Assembly (NCBI GenBank): GCA_004431415.1
Contig: QPMI01000476.1
Coordinates: 1 to 35,967, forward strand
Length of the DNA stretch: 35,967 bases
From: Cyanophora paradoxa CCMP329
Taxonomy: Eukaryota > Plantae > Glaucophyta
Direction of reading: 5' to 3'
Part shown: positions 21,734 to 34,061 of the stretch, piece after piece
How positions within the stretch are numbered: the first letter of the stretch is position 1
Layout: each line of letters starts with the position of its first letter
Program-made: the position numbers and the translations under genes
The notes under the pieces: model-generated
Database searches by the model: none
What the model was told of the DNA's origin: nothing
Seen by the model: only the letters and a program-made list of their open reading frames with translations

Positions 21734-22515
21734 TTATAAACCGCGTTTATATCGCATCAATTTATTGCTATGGACTTGGCTTTTCACTTCTTTAGGGGCT
21801 TCCTCTTTCTCTGGAGGTTTCAGTTCATCTTCTTTCTTTTTTGGCTTTCTGTGGAAGCGAGGAAATGGGAAATCTTTCACAAGCTCAGCTTTATCTACAT
21901 AGTATTTAACTGAGTAGTTTGCAGAGGACCAAATAATATACTGATAGGAGTGAACATACTCTTCAAACATCTTGTAAAAATCCTCTTTATTTCGCATTAT
22001 ATTGTATTCTTCCTCTATGGCTTCAAGTTCTTTGCGATTTGCAGCACTTAGAAACATTGCATAGTCCGAATTAACTCGAATAGTCGAAGAGACTTTCCTT
22101 AGCTTTTGTGTGATGCAGATAATGGATATTTTCGAATGGCGACCTCTGGAATACAGAGAGCCAATAATTTTATCACGAGTTAGGTCTACAATCTCATTAT
22201 CTATAAGATCATCTAAAACTACACATAACTGGTTAACAGGTTGACCTTTTTCTATTTTCTCTTGCCTTTCATCTAGCAATTTAGCAATGTAAGGGCATCC
22301 CATTTTCCCAGTTGCAATGTTGCAACTTTATCCCAGAAATGATTGAAGCTGGTTCCACTCACAACTAATACAACATCAATCTTTTTGGCATCATGCAACT
22401 GCTTCAACCAATACTTCACAGCTTCTGATTTACCAGTTGCTGATTTTCCTATTGCCAGTACACGAAATGGTGGCTCTATCATTTCACCAGCCACAAATTC
22501 ATCCAAATCAGTCAT
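21734..22515 (-). CDS. A32/FtsK-HerA family DNA packaging ATPase (frameshift ~22290)
   Basis: PPFRVLAIGKSATGKS (Walker A), LCVVLDD (Walker B), RGRHSKISIICITQ, IRVNSDY. Confidence 0.92.
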
Positions 22516-22580
22516 TGTTGTATATCTTTCTTAATAAAGACATATAAAAATAATGCAGGGAGACTGAATATCGTCACAAT

Positions 22581-23950
22581 CTACAAATTTATACGACGAA
22601 GCCCATCTTTGTCCAAAATTATATAGGAATGCATGAGAGCGCGAACATTAACATCGATTACCTTATCTGAAGGCATGTACAGGGTGAGGAATGAAGAGGA
22701 GGAATTTGTTAAATCAACATAACCAGACTGGGCAATATTTCGAATTGCCTTCTCTCCATCAATGCAGAAACTTAAACCTGAAAGGACATAGCGATCAGCA
22801 ACCTTATCCATGTTAGAGCATTTGAAGGCATCAGCAATTAGCTCAGCACCTTTGAGTAGGGAAATTGGCTCAGTGGCATAAAGTCGCTGTCCATTAATTT
22901 CAACAGTGAAAGTAATATCTTTGGAGTTGGCATAGGTCTTAAGAACACTGTGGGAGCCAGTGGATTTATCAACAGTTGCATTATCACGAACTGAAACAAG
23001 CAGAGCATAAACAAGACCTGAGATTTGAGAGAGGTTAATTCGATTGGGTTGGGCATTGCCCTTGGCAGGGAAAGCACTAGCATCTACAAATCCAATATCA
23101 AGGGAGGGAATAGCCATGCCAGTAGTCTTTACTTTTTCAATTACAGTAGCGAAAAGCTCATCAGAAACATTAATAGCATGCATGTAAAGGCGAGGAGAAG
23201 TAATAGAAATGACAGGGGTTGTTGCACCAAGAGTAAAGTCTGTGATGTTTTGACCAACATTTGCCAGAACAGTTTCAGCAGGGGCAGTTCCAAGACCGTC
23301 ATCTTTTGAATAATCTACATCAGCTGCTGCAACAGTAAGACCACGACCACCATAGGAAGTTTCAACATAACCCTTTCCAGCATCCTTAAACCAAACAGTA
23401 ACAACCATTTCACCAGATAAAGCACCAAGGGGAAGGTAGTGATTTAGCCAAGGCACAGGAATTTCAACGAAAAATGAGCCACCAAGGCGGTTGGTTCCAT
23501 GAGCAGGAATGCCATGAACCATGCCCATTGATCGCTTCTTTTTAGCTAGTTGATCCTCCGAATAATAGACCAGGGGAAATGAGCAAGGAAATCAGATGGA
23601 ATATGGTAGGTGTAAGATCCATAGGTAATTTCAAGTCGCTGAACTAAAGCACCAACTGGGCGAGTGTATCCATTGCGAACTAGGTCAGTATCACCAGCAA
23701 AAGTGATGGCTGGAAGGTCGAAAGCAAGTTCGAGTTTTCCACAGAAATTGTAGCGAGGTAGCTTGAAGGAAATGCGATTTCCAACATTATTCTCAAAAGT
23801 ATTGCTGGGATTCACAACAACTAGAACTGGCTTAGACTTGGATTCGAGACCAAGCATAAGGGAGTTATCCAGGAAAAAGGCTTTCGCCTCCTCTGGGGTT
23901 GTTAGGGCTTCTTTCAGCGAAAGTCTTTGAAGAGTGGAAGTGATATCCAT
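22581..23950 (-). CDS. Putative double jelly-roll major capsid protein (frameshift ~23545)
   Basis: About 455 aa when joined, beta-rich. ISFKLPR..LELAFDL, LVQRLEITYG, VEIPVPW..YLPLGAL..MVVTVWF and PRLYMHAINV follow the PLV MCP pattern; lies between the ATPase and penton genes. Confidence 0.8.
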
Positions 23951-24003
23951 TATATTCTCTTTTATTATACTGCAACATAAAAAATCTACCAATGATCCTT
24001 AAT

Positions 24004-25012
24004 TTATGCGAAGCTTGTAATAACTGGATAGGAAGGGTGAAGCTGCGACATTCTCATCTTAAAGTATTCATAAACTGGGTCTCCTGCTGGCTCATCACCA
24101 TAGCGAATTTCAAAGGTCAGATGAACAGGTTGACCCTCAAAATCAATTGGTTCATTTACAGCATTAACAATATCAACCGAGAAAGTGGATAATCCAACCT
24201 TTTGTTATAGTATTTATAAAGTGGATGAGCCTCTGTTGAATTGTAAACAACATGCTCACCATAATCTTTGTCAGGAACCACTATTTTATGAAAGTAACCA
24301 GTCAGAAGACCATCCCCACATTGAACCAGATCACCCAGCTCCTTTACTCTCACAAACAAAACACTGTCCCTGGTCTTCTCAGGCTCAAAAGAAGATATAA
24401 TGCCATTCACTCGACCATCAGTAAAGATTCCATCAGTGAGAGCATCATAAACTTGGGATTTGATTGGGGAATTCCCATATCTTCCAGGATCAAGACCAAG
24501 CAGTCTAGCTGAACTCAATAGCTTTTGGATTGTTTGTTGGCTTGGGTTTACAGCAAGTGAGAAAGCCAGGTAAAAAGGCACTGCCGAGTGGAATATAATT
24601 CGTTTCAGTGACTCATCCCATTTGCAGCGAATGGATGGTTGGGAGTTCTGCCAATGAATTTTGAGTTGATTACATTCACCAGCTGTTGGTGGCTTTGGAT
24701 GGGGGTCTCGCGATTTACCATGAATTGTTTCCATTGTTCAAAATCAGCAGCTGGGCGAGTTGTTGGAATTCCTGAGCTTCCAGCTCCTGGAGTTTGTTCC
24801 GAATAATAAATACTAAATGTGTTATCAACTGTGACATCTCCTGCTTTGGTTTCACCACTCACCATAGGGATGCTGTTATAAAATTCGGCTGAGACCAGTC
24901 TCACAGCCCTCACATTCTCATAACTACTGGGGAGTCGAGCCACAAAGCTTGATGTGGGACCATCACCAGAGATTGTATTAAATGAGCTAACCTCGATGTA
25001 ATCCACAGGCAT
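24004..25012 (-). CDS. Minor capsid (penton) protein 1 (frameshifts)
   Basis: N-terminal IEVSS..SSFVARLPSSYENVRAVRLVSAEFYNS; later LFVRVKEL; C-terminal VDIVNAVNEPIDFEGQPVHLTFEI. Confidence 0.75.
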
Positions 25013-25041
25013 TCTTCTTTTATCTATATTTATATATTAAA

Positions 25042-25969
25042 ATGAACCGGCTCGTTAATATTGATAGCAGGGATAGAAGCCAAGGACAAAATGAAAACTC
25101 TTACAGGGTCACCCTCACAACTCCAGTAGAGAGACCAAGGGAATGCAGGGTTCTATATGCAGAGATTCCAAACAGCATCTATAACAGTGTGGGAACTGAT
25201 CATCTAACAGTTCAGTTTAATTACCAAGATGGTTCATATAACCAAGTGATCACACAACAAGTGTATCCCCTTCCCAGTGGCTACATCAATCAGGGTCATT
25301 TTGGGGTAACACACCCTTATAATTATGGGCTGAACTATTCAAGCTTCCAAACCATTGCAGGCAAAACAGTAGCTTTTGAGTTCAAGATATTCTATAACCA
25401 ACTACCTATAAAGTGGAGTTTTACAGTAACCATGAGTTTCGTTTTATTGCAAGCAACCAGAGAATAGGGAAGCTTTTGGGTGTGAGTTCTACTGAATACA
25501 CCAATGGGTATTATAGCACTCCTCCTGTTGGTGGATCACCCTATCGACCTGAGAACCTGTTAAAGTATGATGGCAAACCTATTACACCTGATCACCCAGC
25601 ATGGGGAACCACCTTTCAGGACCCAGACTCTCATCTAAGCCCTTGCAATATTATTTTGACAGCAGAAGATGTCTGATATGAATGCTGAGCAGTATCTATA
25701 CATGCACATTAAAGAGCTTGCCCCTTTGCCAGCAGACACAATATAATTCCGAAATCGCAACCACATAACCAGGGGCAATCCTTAGATTGCAATTGAGTAA
25801 GGATATAGGTGGCTATGTTTACCATAGTGGTGAACATGCAGAATTCATTCAGATAAATGACAGAAACCTGGTGATAAGGGAACTCACAGTTGAGTTTAAA
25901 GATTACTTTGGTGAACTGATTGATATGAATGGAATCGATAATTCTTTTCAGTTGGAGTTTATCGAATAA
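25042..25969 (+). CDS. Minor capsid (penton) protein 2 (frameshifts)
   Basis: VNIDSRDRS..YRVTL..VLYAEIPNSIYN and C-terminal LTVEFKDYFGELIDMNGIDNSFQLEF, typical single jelly-roll penton motifs. Confidence 0.8.
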
Positions 25970-27514
25970 AGGCACCTGTAAAGTCAACTCTCATTGTGGG
26001 AGCATTCACATACACAAGGGGATAAATGCGAATATATTTAATTCTGAGAGAAAAACCTATGTAAAAAGCATCCTTGATGCTGAGAGGAAATCCACTCAAT
26101 AGAGCCACATCACCTGAGTTGTGAGCATTGTTAATGTTCTCACAGACATATATTTTGTTTTGCCCATCTGATCGAATAAAAGACCAGTTGATCCCATCAG
26201 TGGATGTTGCCACATTGAAAGTCTTAATAAAAGCATTGGTGTCCCCTGATCCATAGGCAATCACAGAAGAGAGTTCAAAAGTATATGGAAAAGCAACTTG
26301 AAGGTATTCAGTGGGGGTTTCCCATATCTGCTCAGGAGCATAGGCTCCAGCTTCCCAGCCAAATGCTGAAGGTCTAGCCATGAAAGGCTCTTTACCAGTC
26401 ACAGAGGATGAGGCAGTGAAGGCATCATCTGCAAGCTGATACCAATTAGCATCCAAAGGTGGTGATGTAGTGAGAGTGGATGAGATGTAAGCCTTTGTAG
26501 GGTTCTTTAATTCATAGTTTGCTACTAGAATGCTGCAAAGCTTATTAATCATATCATTGTTTGCTGCTATGTATGTTTCTGTGAAAGAAAGCATATCTGG
26601 GATTTTAGAAGTGTCATCCAGGGAGCTTACTATGTGATTCGGAAGAGGTACTGATAACCTATAGTATCTCCCATAATCCTGATCATAGTTGTAGGGTAAC
26701 AACTCCTCCATCTTATCAAGGGCAGAAAGCTCACTTGCAGCCATGAGCATGTTAATCAATGGGCTTCCATCTGTTGAGGCAATCCATGAGAGAATGCCCC
26801 AGCTGTTGACAGTCTCATAAGCATAACCCACATAATCAGACTCTAAATGTGGGTCCACCTCTCCACAAGAGATACTTATTACTATAATGTCATCATCATC
26901 ACTGTAAATCTTCTTTGCATGGCTGTAACCACACACACTGGGATTATTGTTTCCCGAAATGGCACCATCAATGAGACAGACATATACTCCCCGATTGAAA
27001 TCAACAATGCTTACAGGTGAAAAGTATGTAGGAGCAGCAGAAGTAGCCCTAGCAGCAATCTTACAGGGCATAAAGTTGTAATTGTTATCATTTGTGATAA
27101 ATATTGGTTTCATATTCTGAGTATCAAAAGATGTAATCACAATGTCCTTTAGGGAATCCTGTATTAGTGATTCCCCAGTAACTGAATTGATTGCAGTCTC
27201 CAAGGGTCCCACATCATACTTTGTGTTAAATAGGGCATTTTCAATGATATTTCGAGGATTTGCGAAAATCAAAGGCAGTTGAGTTAGGTAAATATTGTGT
27301 AAATCGTTTGCTGTCAGTTTAGGTTCACCTGGTCTATCAGGATGCCTTATATTCAAACCTATTGCAATGATCCCACCAGTGGAAGTTCCACTCACAAGAT
27401 CCACAAGATCGATTATTCTCCTGCCAGTTCGATTTTCGATTTCTTTTAGCAGCCTGGTTATGATAATGCCCTTGCACCCCCGCCAGAAAGACTTAAAACG
27501 ACCTTGAGAGGCAT
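25959..27514 (-). CDS. Patatin-like phospholipase with C-terminal F5/8 type C (discoidin) domain
   Basis: MPLKVVLSLSGG(G)CKG (frameshift ~27478), GTSTGG nucleophile elbow, ATSAAPTYF, IDGA..NNPS. C-terminal FTASS..W..EYLQVAF..S.DG.NW..YIRIYP..MRVDF.G. Confidence 0.9.
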
Positions 27515-27557
27515 CTTTTACTTATCAGGAATTTTATAAATCCATATAGTAAAAGCC

Positions 27558-30500
27558 ATGAGCTTCAATTACCCACCAAATCTAGAAACCATTCAAGATG
27601 ATAATGCAAGCAGCACCAAGCATGTGAACTTTGATAATATTAAAGTAAAGGGTTCAGTTTCAATTGACCACAGCTCTGATAATTCATCAAAGACTCAATC
27701 AAGGGAGCATGCTTTATCTGTGAATCAAACCGATCCAGATAAAGAGGATGTCAGTGTAGCCTTTAGTTTGGGTAATGTGAAAGCAAACCAAGTGGCAGAG
27801 ATCAAAGCAACAAGAAGGAGACCTAGGAAACTAAAAACCAGTGGCACTCACCCAGATATACCTTCCAGGTTCGATAGTGGTCGATTGATTTTCAATGTTC
27901 AAGATGAGCAGGGCAAACAGAACACAGCTTTGCGAATTTACAATGAGGGCAGCACTGCAAAAGCTGAGGTCCCCAAGTATTGCAAGTGGGTCCCATTGCC
28001 AACACAAATCAGGTCTCCTACACAAATGATGTATACCCCAAGGATATTACATATGACTTTGCGAGGAATGAGCCTTTTGGGTTTTTACTCCAAAAGATGT
28101 CCATCAAAAAAGCCATCAATTACAATCAACAGTAGCCCCAGTCAACCAGTAGCAATCCATTTACATCCTGATTTAGTCGAAATGGATAGGCACCTTTTGC
28201 CTTTGTATAGCAATGTGAAAGACCTTGGAATTAGAACCAGGCAATGGCGAAATATCCATGGCAGCAATGTGTATGCAAATGGGGAGAAACTTGTGAGTGA
28301 GAAAACTCTAAGGGAAATAATTGAGCATTATGGTCCCAATGGACCAACAGTTCCATTCCCTATTCCATTTCCAAATGGACCTCCCGATTTAACACCAAAG
28401 AAACAGCCTGGAAGAGAATACACAGCAACTGAAGATGTAGCCTTTGGGCAGCATATTGTTAGTTGGGAGCAAGTTCGCAATAAACCTATAATTGAACCCA
28501 GAAAGCAAATAGATGAGCAGTATTTACCTCCTGAAGTCGATATATTAGAGCTTGATGAATATCAATTCGTTCCAGATGAGGAAGAGTATTTACCAGATGG
28601 TTTCGACCCACAAGAATATGAGTATGATCAGTTTGACCCCAATGAGGAGGAGATACTCCCAGATGGTTTTGACCCACAAGAATATGAGTATGAACAGAAC
28701 TATGAACCTGATGAGGAGTATTTACCAGATGGTCATGATCCACCAGCTGTTGACTATGAGCAACCTTATGAACCCCATGAGGAATTGTTACCAGATGGAT
28801 TTCGACCTGAGATCTGGAGTTCTTCCCTGATTATGAACAAATTAATAATAAACCTGCAAAGTATCCCCAGAGGATCACAATCATGATTGGGATGAATCTT
28901 AGGCAAACCTCAAAAGTATCCACCAGAGATCACAGGCATGATTGGGGAGAAATTGATGGGATACCTACTGAGTTCCCACCAAGCAAACATGAACATACTT
29001 GGGATGAGATCAATGACCAACCAGAATTCGCAAAGGTAGAGCCTCTTGATAACTTGGGGGTTTCTCTTTATCAGACTTGTAATGTCCCAGAAAGAATCTT
29101 TTTGAATGAACACTATGTACATGTGAATGGGACACTTGCAAATTCAGCTATGAGAGGACCACTTCATATTAGGACATTACCAGGCTCTTTTGAAACCCCA
29201 CCACCACCAGGAGCAACCATACCAAATATCTTTGTGTCAAGCTACATGGAGGCTGACATTCCCACAGATACATTCAGAGTCCCAACAGACCCAGCAACCT
29301 ACCAAAATTACAACTCTGCTATACAGGTTCATGTAGCAGATGTAAGCAGCTTAGATGGCTCAAGACCAATGATAGTTTTCAGTCGAGATAAGTATTCCTA
29401 CATTCCCATAGTGGGAACTGCAAATGATAATTATGGAAGGGCAGAGCTTGCATGGATTAAAACAGATTATGGTGGGGTTCTGGAAGCCAATCAAAGAATG
29501 GCTGCAAAAAACATACACAATGAGAGCATTTCGAGAGTAGTCACAGAGGATTACCTTCAAGCCCAAAACTACATAGATGAAACAGAGCTAATGTAATCAT
29601 TGCAGGTATAGGTGTAACAGGCAATTACCTCCCTCTCACAGGTGGAATAATTGATGGAACAGTAACAGCATGTAACTTCTTTGTCCATACTGAAAGCAAT
29701 CAAACCTTTCCTGTGGTTCATCCAGGAGGTGAGTATGAGATACCTGATGATCCAGCTATTATGCCCATTAAGATTGATCTCCCTTCTGATTATGTTGGAA
29801 GGGGTGAACTGAAAACGATCTCTTTCACAGGAGATTATAATGATCTCCTCAATAAACCCACCCCATCCAATTTACACCCTGTTGCATACTCAGGTAGTTT
29901 CCTTGATCTGAATAATAGATCACACACCCACACAAAGGCAGAAATTATAGATTTTGCACACACTCACACCAAATCCCAGATAACAGATTTTGCTCACTTC
30001 CACACCAGAGCAGATATTACGAATTTCGCTCACACTCATGTTAAATCTGAGATCTTAGATCTCGGAAATGTTGCATATGTTGTCACACCATACCAAGGCA
30101 GAGATTACAGATCTTGGAAATGTTGCATATGTAGGTCACACCCACACTAAGGCAGAGATTACAGATTTTGCACATACTCATGATGGAATACAGATATTTA
30201 TAACAAACCAGCGATTTTCTCGGCAACTACAATGATCTGACAAATAAACCCACCCTTGATCCCTTTACAGCAAATAATATCACTGCAAATGCAAACCTTC
30301 TCATTGGATCAGGTTACTTTCTCGATTATGACCCATATATATGCTGATCCTCCTGTTATTGAATTTCCACAATTCAACCCTTTCTACTAACTCTATATCT
30401 TACTATCAGGATAAAACCCTACTTGTTCGTGGAAATGCATATGCAAGAGAAATGTGGGTCATGGATCCTCGGACAATTCAAAGGTTACTAAGCTGCTCCT

Positions 30501-30805
30501 CAATACATGCTTGATAACCTGATTAGAAAGGGAGACATGAAATGACATTGCAAATCCTCAAATTGGGGCAGTTCAGCAAGGCAAAACCATACCATTACAT
30601 TAATTGGAGTCCTGCCTTTGCATCTGCTCCATCTGTTGTTGTAACATTGCAGGGACTACCTGCAACAAATGTGGAAATCGATTATAAAATAGGAATATCA
30701 AGCAACTCAACAACTCTACCAAATCAATCTTGTTATTGGCAGCAGATGGGTAACCATTCAACCACAGTGGCTTCAAATTGCATTCATTGGATAGCAACAG
30801 CATAA
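27558..30805 (+). CDS. Large fibre-like protein with acidic repeats and phage tail-fibre HxH repeats (multiply frameshifted; may be more than one gene)
   Basis: HRHDWGEIDGIPTEFPPSKHEHTWDEI, FTGDYNDLLNKP, (HTHTKAEITDFA)n, and C-terminal AFASAPSVVVT..HWIA. Confidence 0.65.
28510..28830 (+). repeat. Coding tandem repeat, ~60-bp unit encoding EEYLPDGFDPQEYEY
   Basis: Four to five imperfect copies visible in both DNA and protein. Confidence 0.85.
29915..30185 (+). repeat. Coding tandem repeat, 36-bp unit encoding HTHTKAEITDFA
   Basis: Repeated CACACCCACAC.AAGGCAGA.ATTA.AGATTTTGC variants. Confidence 0.85.
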
Positions 30806-30830
30806 TTAAGATTCTCACACTATTACAAAG

Positions 30831-31885
30831 ATGACCTCTCTATTAGAAATCCCAAATTATGAACTTGCAGCCAAATCACTCCATAGCACCTCTCATGGAG
30901 TAGTTGATTCAACACCTGGGTATATTTGCACTGAAACTTCAAGTAATACCTCTTTCACAGAGAATAATATACTCAGAGTCAAAGAGATTAGATGTGATCG
31001 AAATGGAGGCAAGATTAGAACCACAGGCATTATAATCTCGAATAAAAATCAAGTCCAATCAGGTCAGGTAGTCCCGGATTCAGCAATATATGATAATGTG
31101 GTGGAGTCACCACAGCACAGATAGTGACTTTTGGAACACAAGCAATAATTCCGCTCTTGTAGTCAAGAGTGGAGGAGCCTACATTGGAGATGGAGCAAAT
31201 GTAGCAGGAACTGTCACAGCAAATCAACTATCTGTGAGTGGGACAAGTAGTTTTGGTGGGTATATGAATCTCAATGTGGGCTTTCAGGGAATATTCAGTA
31301 TGGAACACTCACGCTTTCCACAAGAATAAACACACCTGAGATTGACAACATGAGTGACACAGTCATGAATTACAAGAGGAATGGGACACCATCTTTTCTC
31401 TCAAAAACAACTCAAATAGATAACACAACTGTTCAACATCTGACACTTCCGACAAGCAAATATCTCAAATTAAGTAGCCATCCTCGTTTCTTTGCAACAA
31501 AACAGCAACCAAATGGGTCAATAACTGCAACAATTTCCTCAATAAATATATATCCAACAACAGGAGTCATAGTGAACCAGGAAATCATTTCGATCCTGCG
31601 ACAGGCTTTTTACTGCCCTGTTACAGGAAACTATCTTGTCACATTTAGTGGATCCTGTTATTGACTGGAAGAACAACTAATATTGTTACATTTTTACAGA
31701 AAAACGGAAGCTCATCTGGAATTGAAGTTATACTAATTATGCATCTGCATATGCAAACAATGGGTTCGAAATTATTGTAGACCTTCAAGCCAATGATTCC
31801 ATCAGATATCATATAATAGCAGTGGTGGAGGTTCTATATATTATAATATCAGATGTTCTTTGGATGTATGCTTGTCCATTCATAA
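30831..31885 (+). CDS. Fibre-like paralogue 1 with C1q-like head (frameshifted)
   Basis: ILRVKEIRCDRNGGKIRTT; NSALVVKSGGAYIGDG; PRFFAT..NQGNHFDPATG.FYCPVTGNYLVTF. Confidence 0.65.
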
Positions 31886-31906
31886 TATTGTCTACAAATA
31901 TAAAGA

Positions 31907-32887
31907 ATGTCTACACAAATAGCAGTTCTGTTTTCTGTTATGCTGCCCGAAATTACATCAACTCAATCACACAGTAACAGATGCAACCCCTGGGTTTATT
32001 GCACTGAAACAACAGGAGCCGATTCGTTTTCTCAAAACTCTGTGATCAGATGCAAAGAAATTCGATGTGATCGCAATGGGGCAAGGTGAGAACCACAGGT
32101 TTAATAGTTTCAAACAAGAACCAAGTTCAATCAGGTCAGATAGTCTCAGATTCCACAATATATGATGATGTAGGAGGGTCACCACACCCAAAATAGTAAC
32201 ATTTAACAATACAATCAATAACTCTGCTCTTGTTGTGAGAAGTGGAGGAGCTTACATTGAGATGGGGCAAGGTTGATGGAACCCTAACAGCAAATCAGGT
32301 AAGTATTACAGGAACAAGCACCTTTACAGGATTGTAACAGCAAATGCTGGTATTTCACTACCAATTGCTCACAATCCATAATCACAGCAACAAACAATTG
32401 TCACACCAGAAATCGATACAGGAGCCAATGTAGACCTTCTTCTCAAACGAAATAGTACACTGTCGCTACTCTGAAGCGAATAGTTTGACAGTTAATACAG
32501 GTGTTATCTCAAAAACACAACCACGATTTTCAGTTCAACTTGGCTACAATCACACTGCTACAACTCTGCGATCTAATAAACTGGGCAACAGTTCGAGTAA
32601 CAATACCAATTCATTCAGCACATCAACTGGAAGTTCACAGCACCTGTGCAGACACTATCGTTTTTCAGTATTCACTTCTTCAACCACAACTTCTTGATGT
32701 GTTCTCAGGGTAAAACAATGCAACAGGATTGGCATTTCCAAGGTAACACTCACAATCGTCAACAACAAATAAACGTTGTTTCTCTGCATTCTCAATCTTG
32801 CCCAAACGATTTGTTACACTTGTTACATTCAGTCGGTTCCATATCGCAATCAAACAGCTTCTCAGGGAATTGATAAGCATCGTTTAA
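31907..32887 (+). CDS. Fibre-like paralogue 2 with C1q-like head (frameshifted)
   Basis: VIRCKEIRCDRNG; NSALVVRSGGAYI; PRFSVQL..NTNSFSTSTG.FTAPV..HYRFSV..NSFSG. The N-terminal DNA is clearly similar to paralogue 1. Confidence 0.65.
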
Positions 32888-32907
32888 TTTCTTCATGTAG
32901 TTTAGGA

Positions 32908-33207
32908 ATGTCGAATATTACCAAGTGGTTCTACTGATATGAGAAGTTGGGAATGGAATTTGGCTGCTTCTGTTCAGGATGGATCGATAATGCTGCCCAT
33001 AACAGAGCAAGAATCGCAATTGATGAGATTGTTCAGAAAGAAATCCATCTTGCATCTCATCAGGAGTTCAATACCAACCTCAAAGGAAGCGATTGTATTA
33101 CAGGCATTCCAAAGGGAACTGTAAAGAAAGTATCGAGTATAATAATGTCACAGAAGAGTAGTGTACATTATTTTTCTTTCCTTCTTAGTAAAAGAAGCAA
33201 TGGGTGA
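32908..33207 (+). CDS. Hypothetical small protein
   Basis: Coding-like ORF between the fibre genes; boundaries uncertain. Confidence 0.35.
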
Positions 33208-34020
33208 ATATAATCGAGTTCAACTCCATATATTCCCTTGGATCCCCTGCAATGCACTTTCGCCAGCATGAAGTTAATGATGAGGTTCGTGGTTTAGAAT
33301 CCACAGAGAGACCCAATTCCAATGGTAACTCCTTTGATAAAAATTCGATTATTCGAGTTAAAGAGCTGAGAGCTGATAAGAATTCAGGTGTGGTTAAAAC
33401 AACTCGACTTCTTGTCACAAATGCTAACTTCTTTCAGCCTACTAATGGAGGTCCTGATGCTTACAGTGTTGATCTGAAAGCCCTTGATTATGATAAAACA
33501 CTGCTGCTGTAACTGTGAGATCAGGAGGAGCATTTATTGGTGGTGGCTGCAGAGTTTCAGGTCAACTTTCATCCTCAATTTTCGTATAATGATGTCCCAG
33601 ATACTCTTGAACAAATGTAGAGAACCCCAACGAATTCGATTATATATACCAGTTGCACAACAGCCAGTTATTCAATTTTACCAAGGTTATACTGTCACAC
33701 TTGAAAACTCTGAATTGATTGAAGGAACCAAAAGAGTAATGAGAGGGCTGGTCATTCCTTCTGCAATGCTTTCTTTATGTAGAGCCAACAATAACCAGCC
33801 AGGTCACAGATACAATTTCAGTGTTCAGGGATATGATCATTTTGGCACAGGGTTCTGTGTTTATAATAACAATTTCACCTATGATCTGTTTGTTACAGAT
33901 ATTGGAAAATATACAATTACAGTTATGGGTATCAGAACAGATATAGCTGCTGTCTCAGCTCTAAGAGGTGTTACTCCTGATACTCTTTCTCAAACAGGGT
34001 TTTACAGGAACCAGATGTGA
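33200..34020 (+). CDS. Fibre-like paralogue 3 (frameshifted)
   Basis: IIRVKELRADKNSGVVKTTRLLVTNANF; C-terminal RIRLYIP..YDHFG..GKY..RTD. Confidence 0.6.
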
Positions 34021-34061
34021 TTGATGACCCACCCCATAAAGATATATCACTTTAATGTAAA

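Noticed and set aside
11630-31227. Short antisense or overlapping ORFs within viral genes (e.g. 11630-11914, 18649-18903, 20770-21186, 28486-28743)
   Set aside because: Shadow ORFs opposite or out of frame with well-supported genes.
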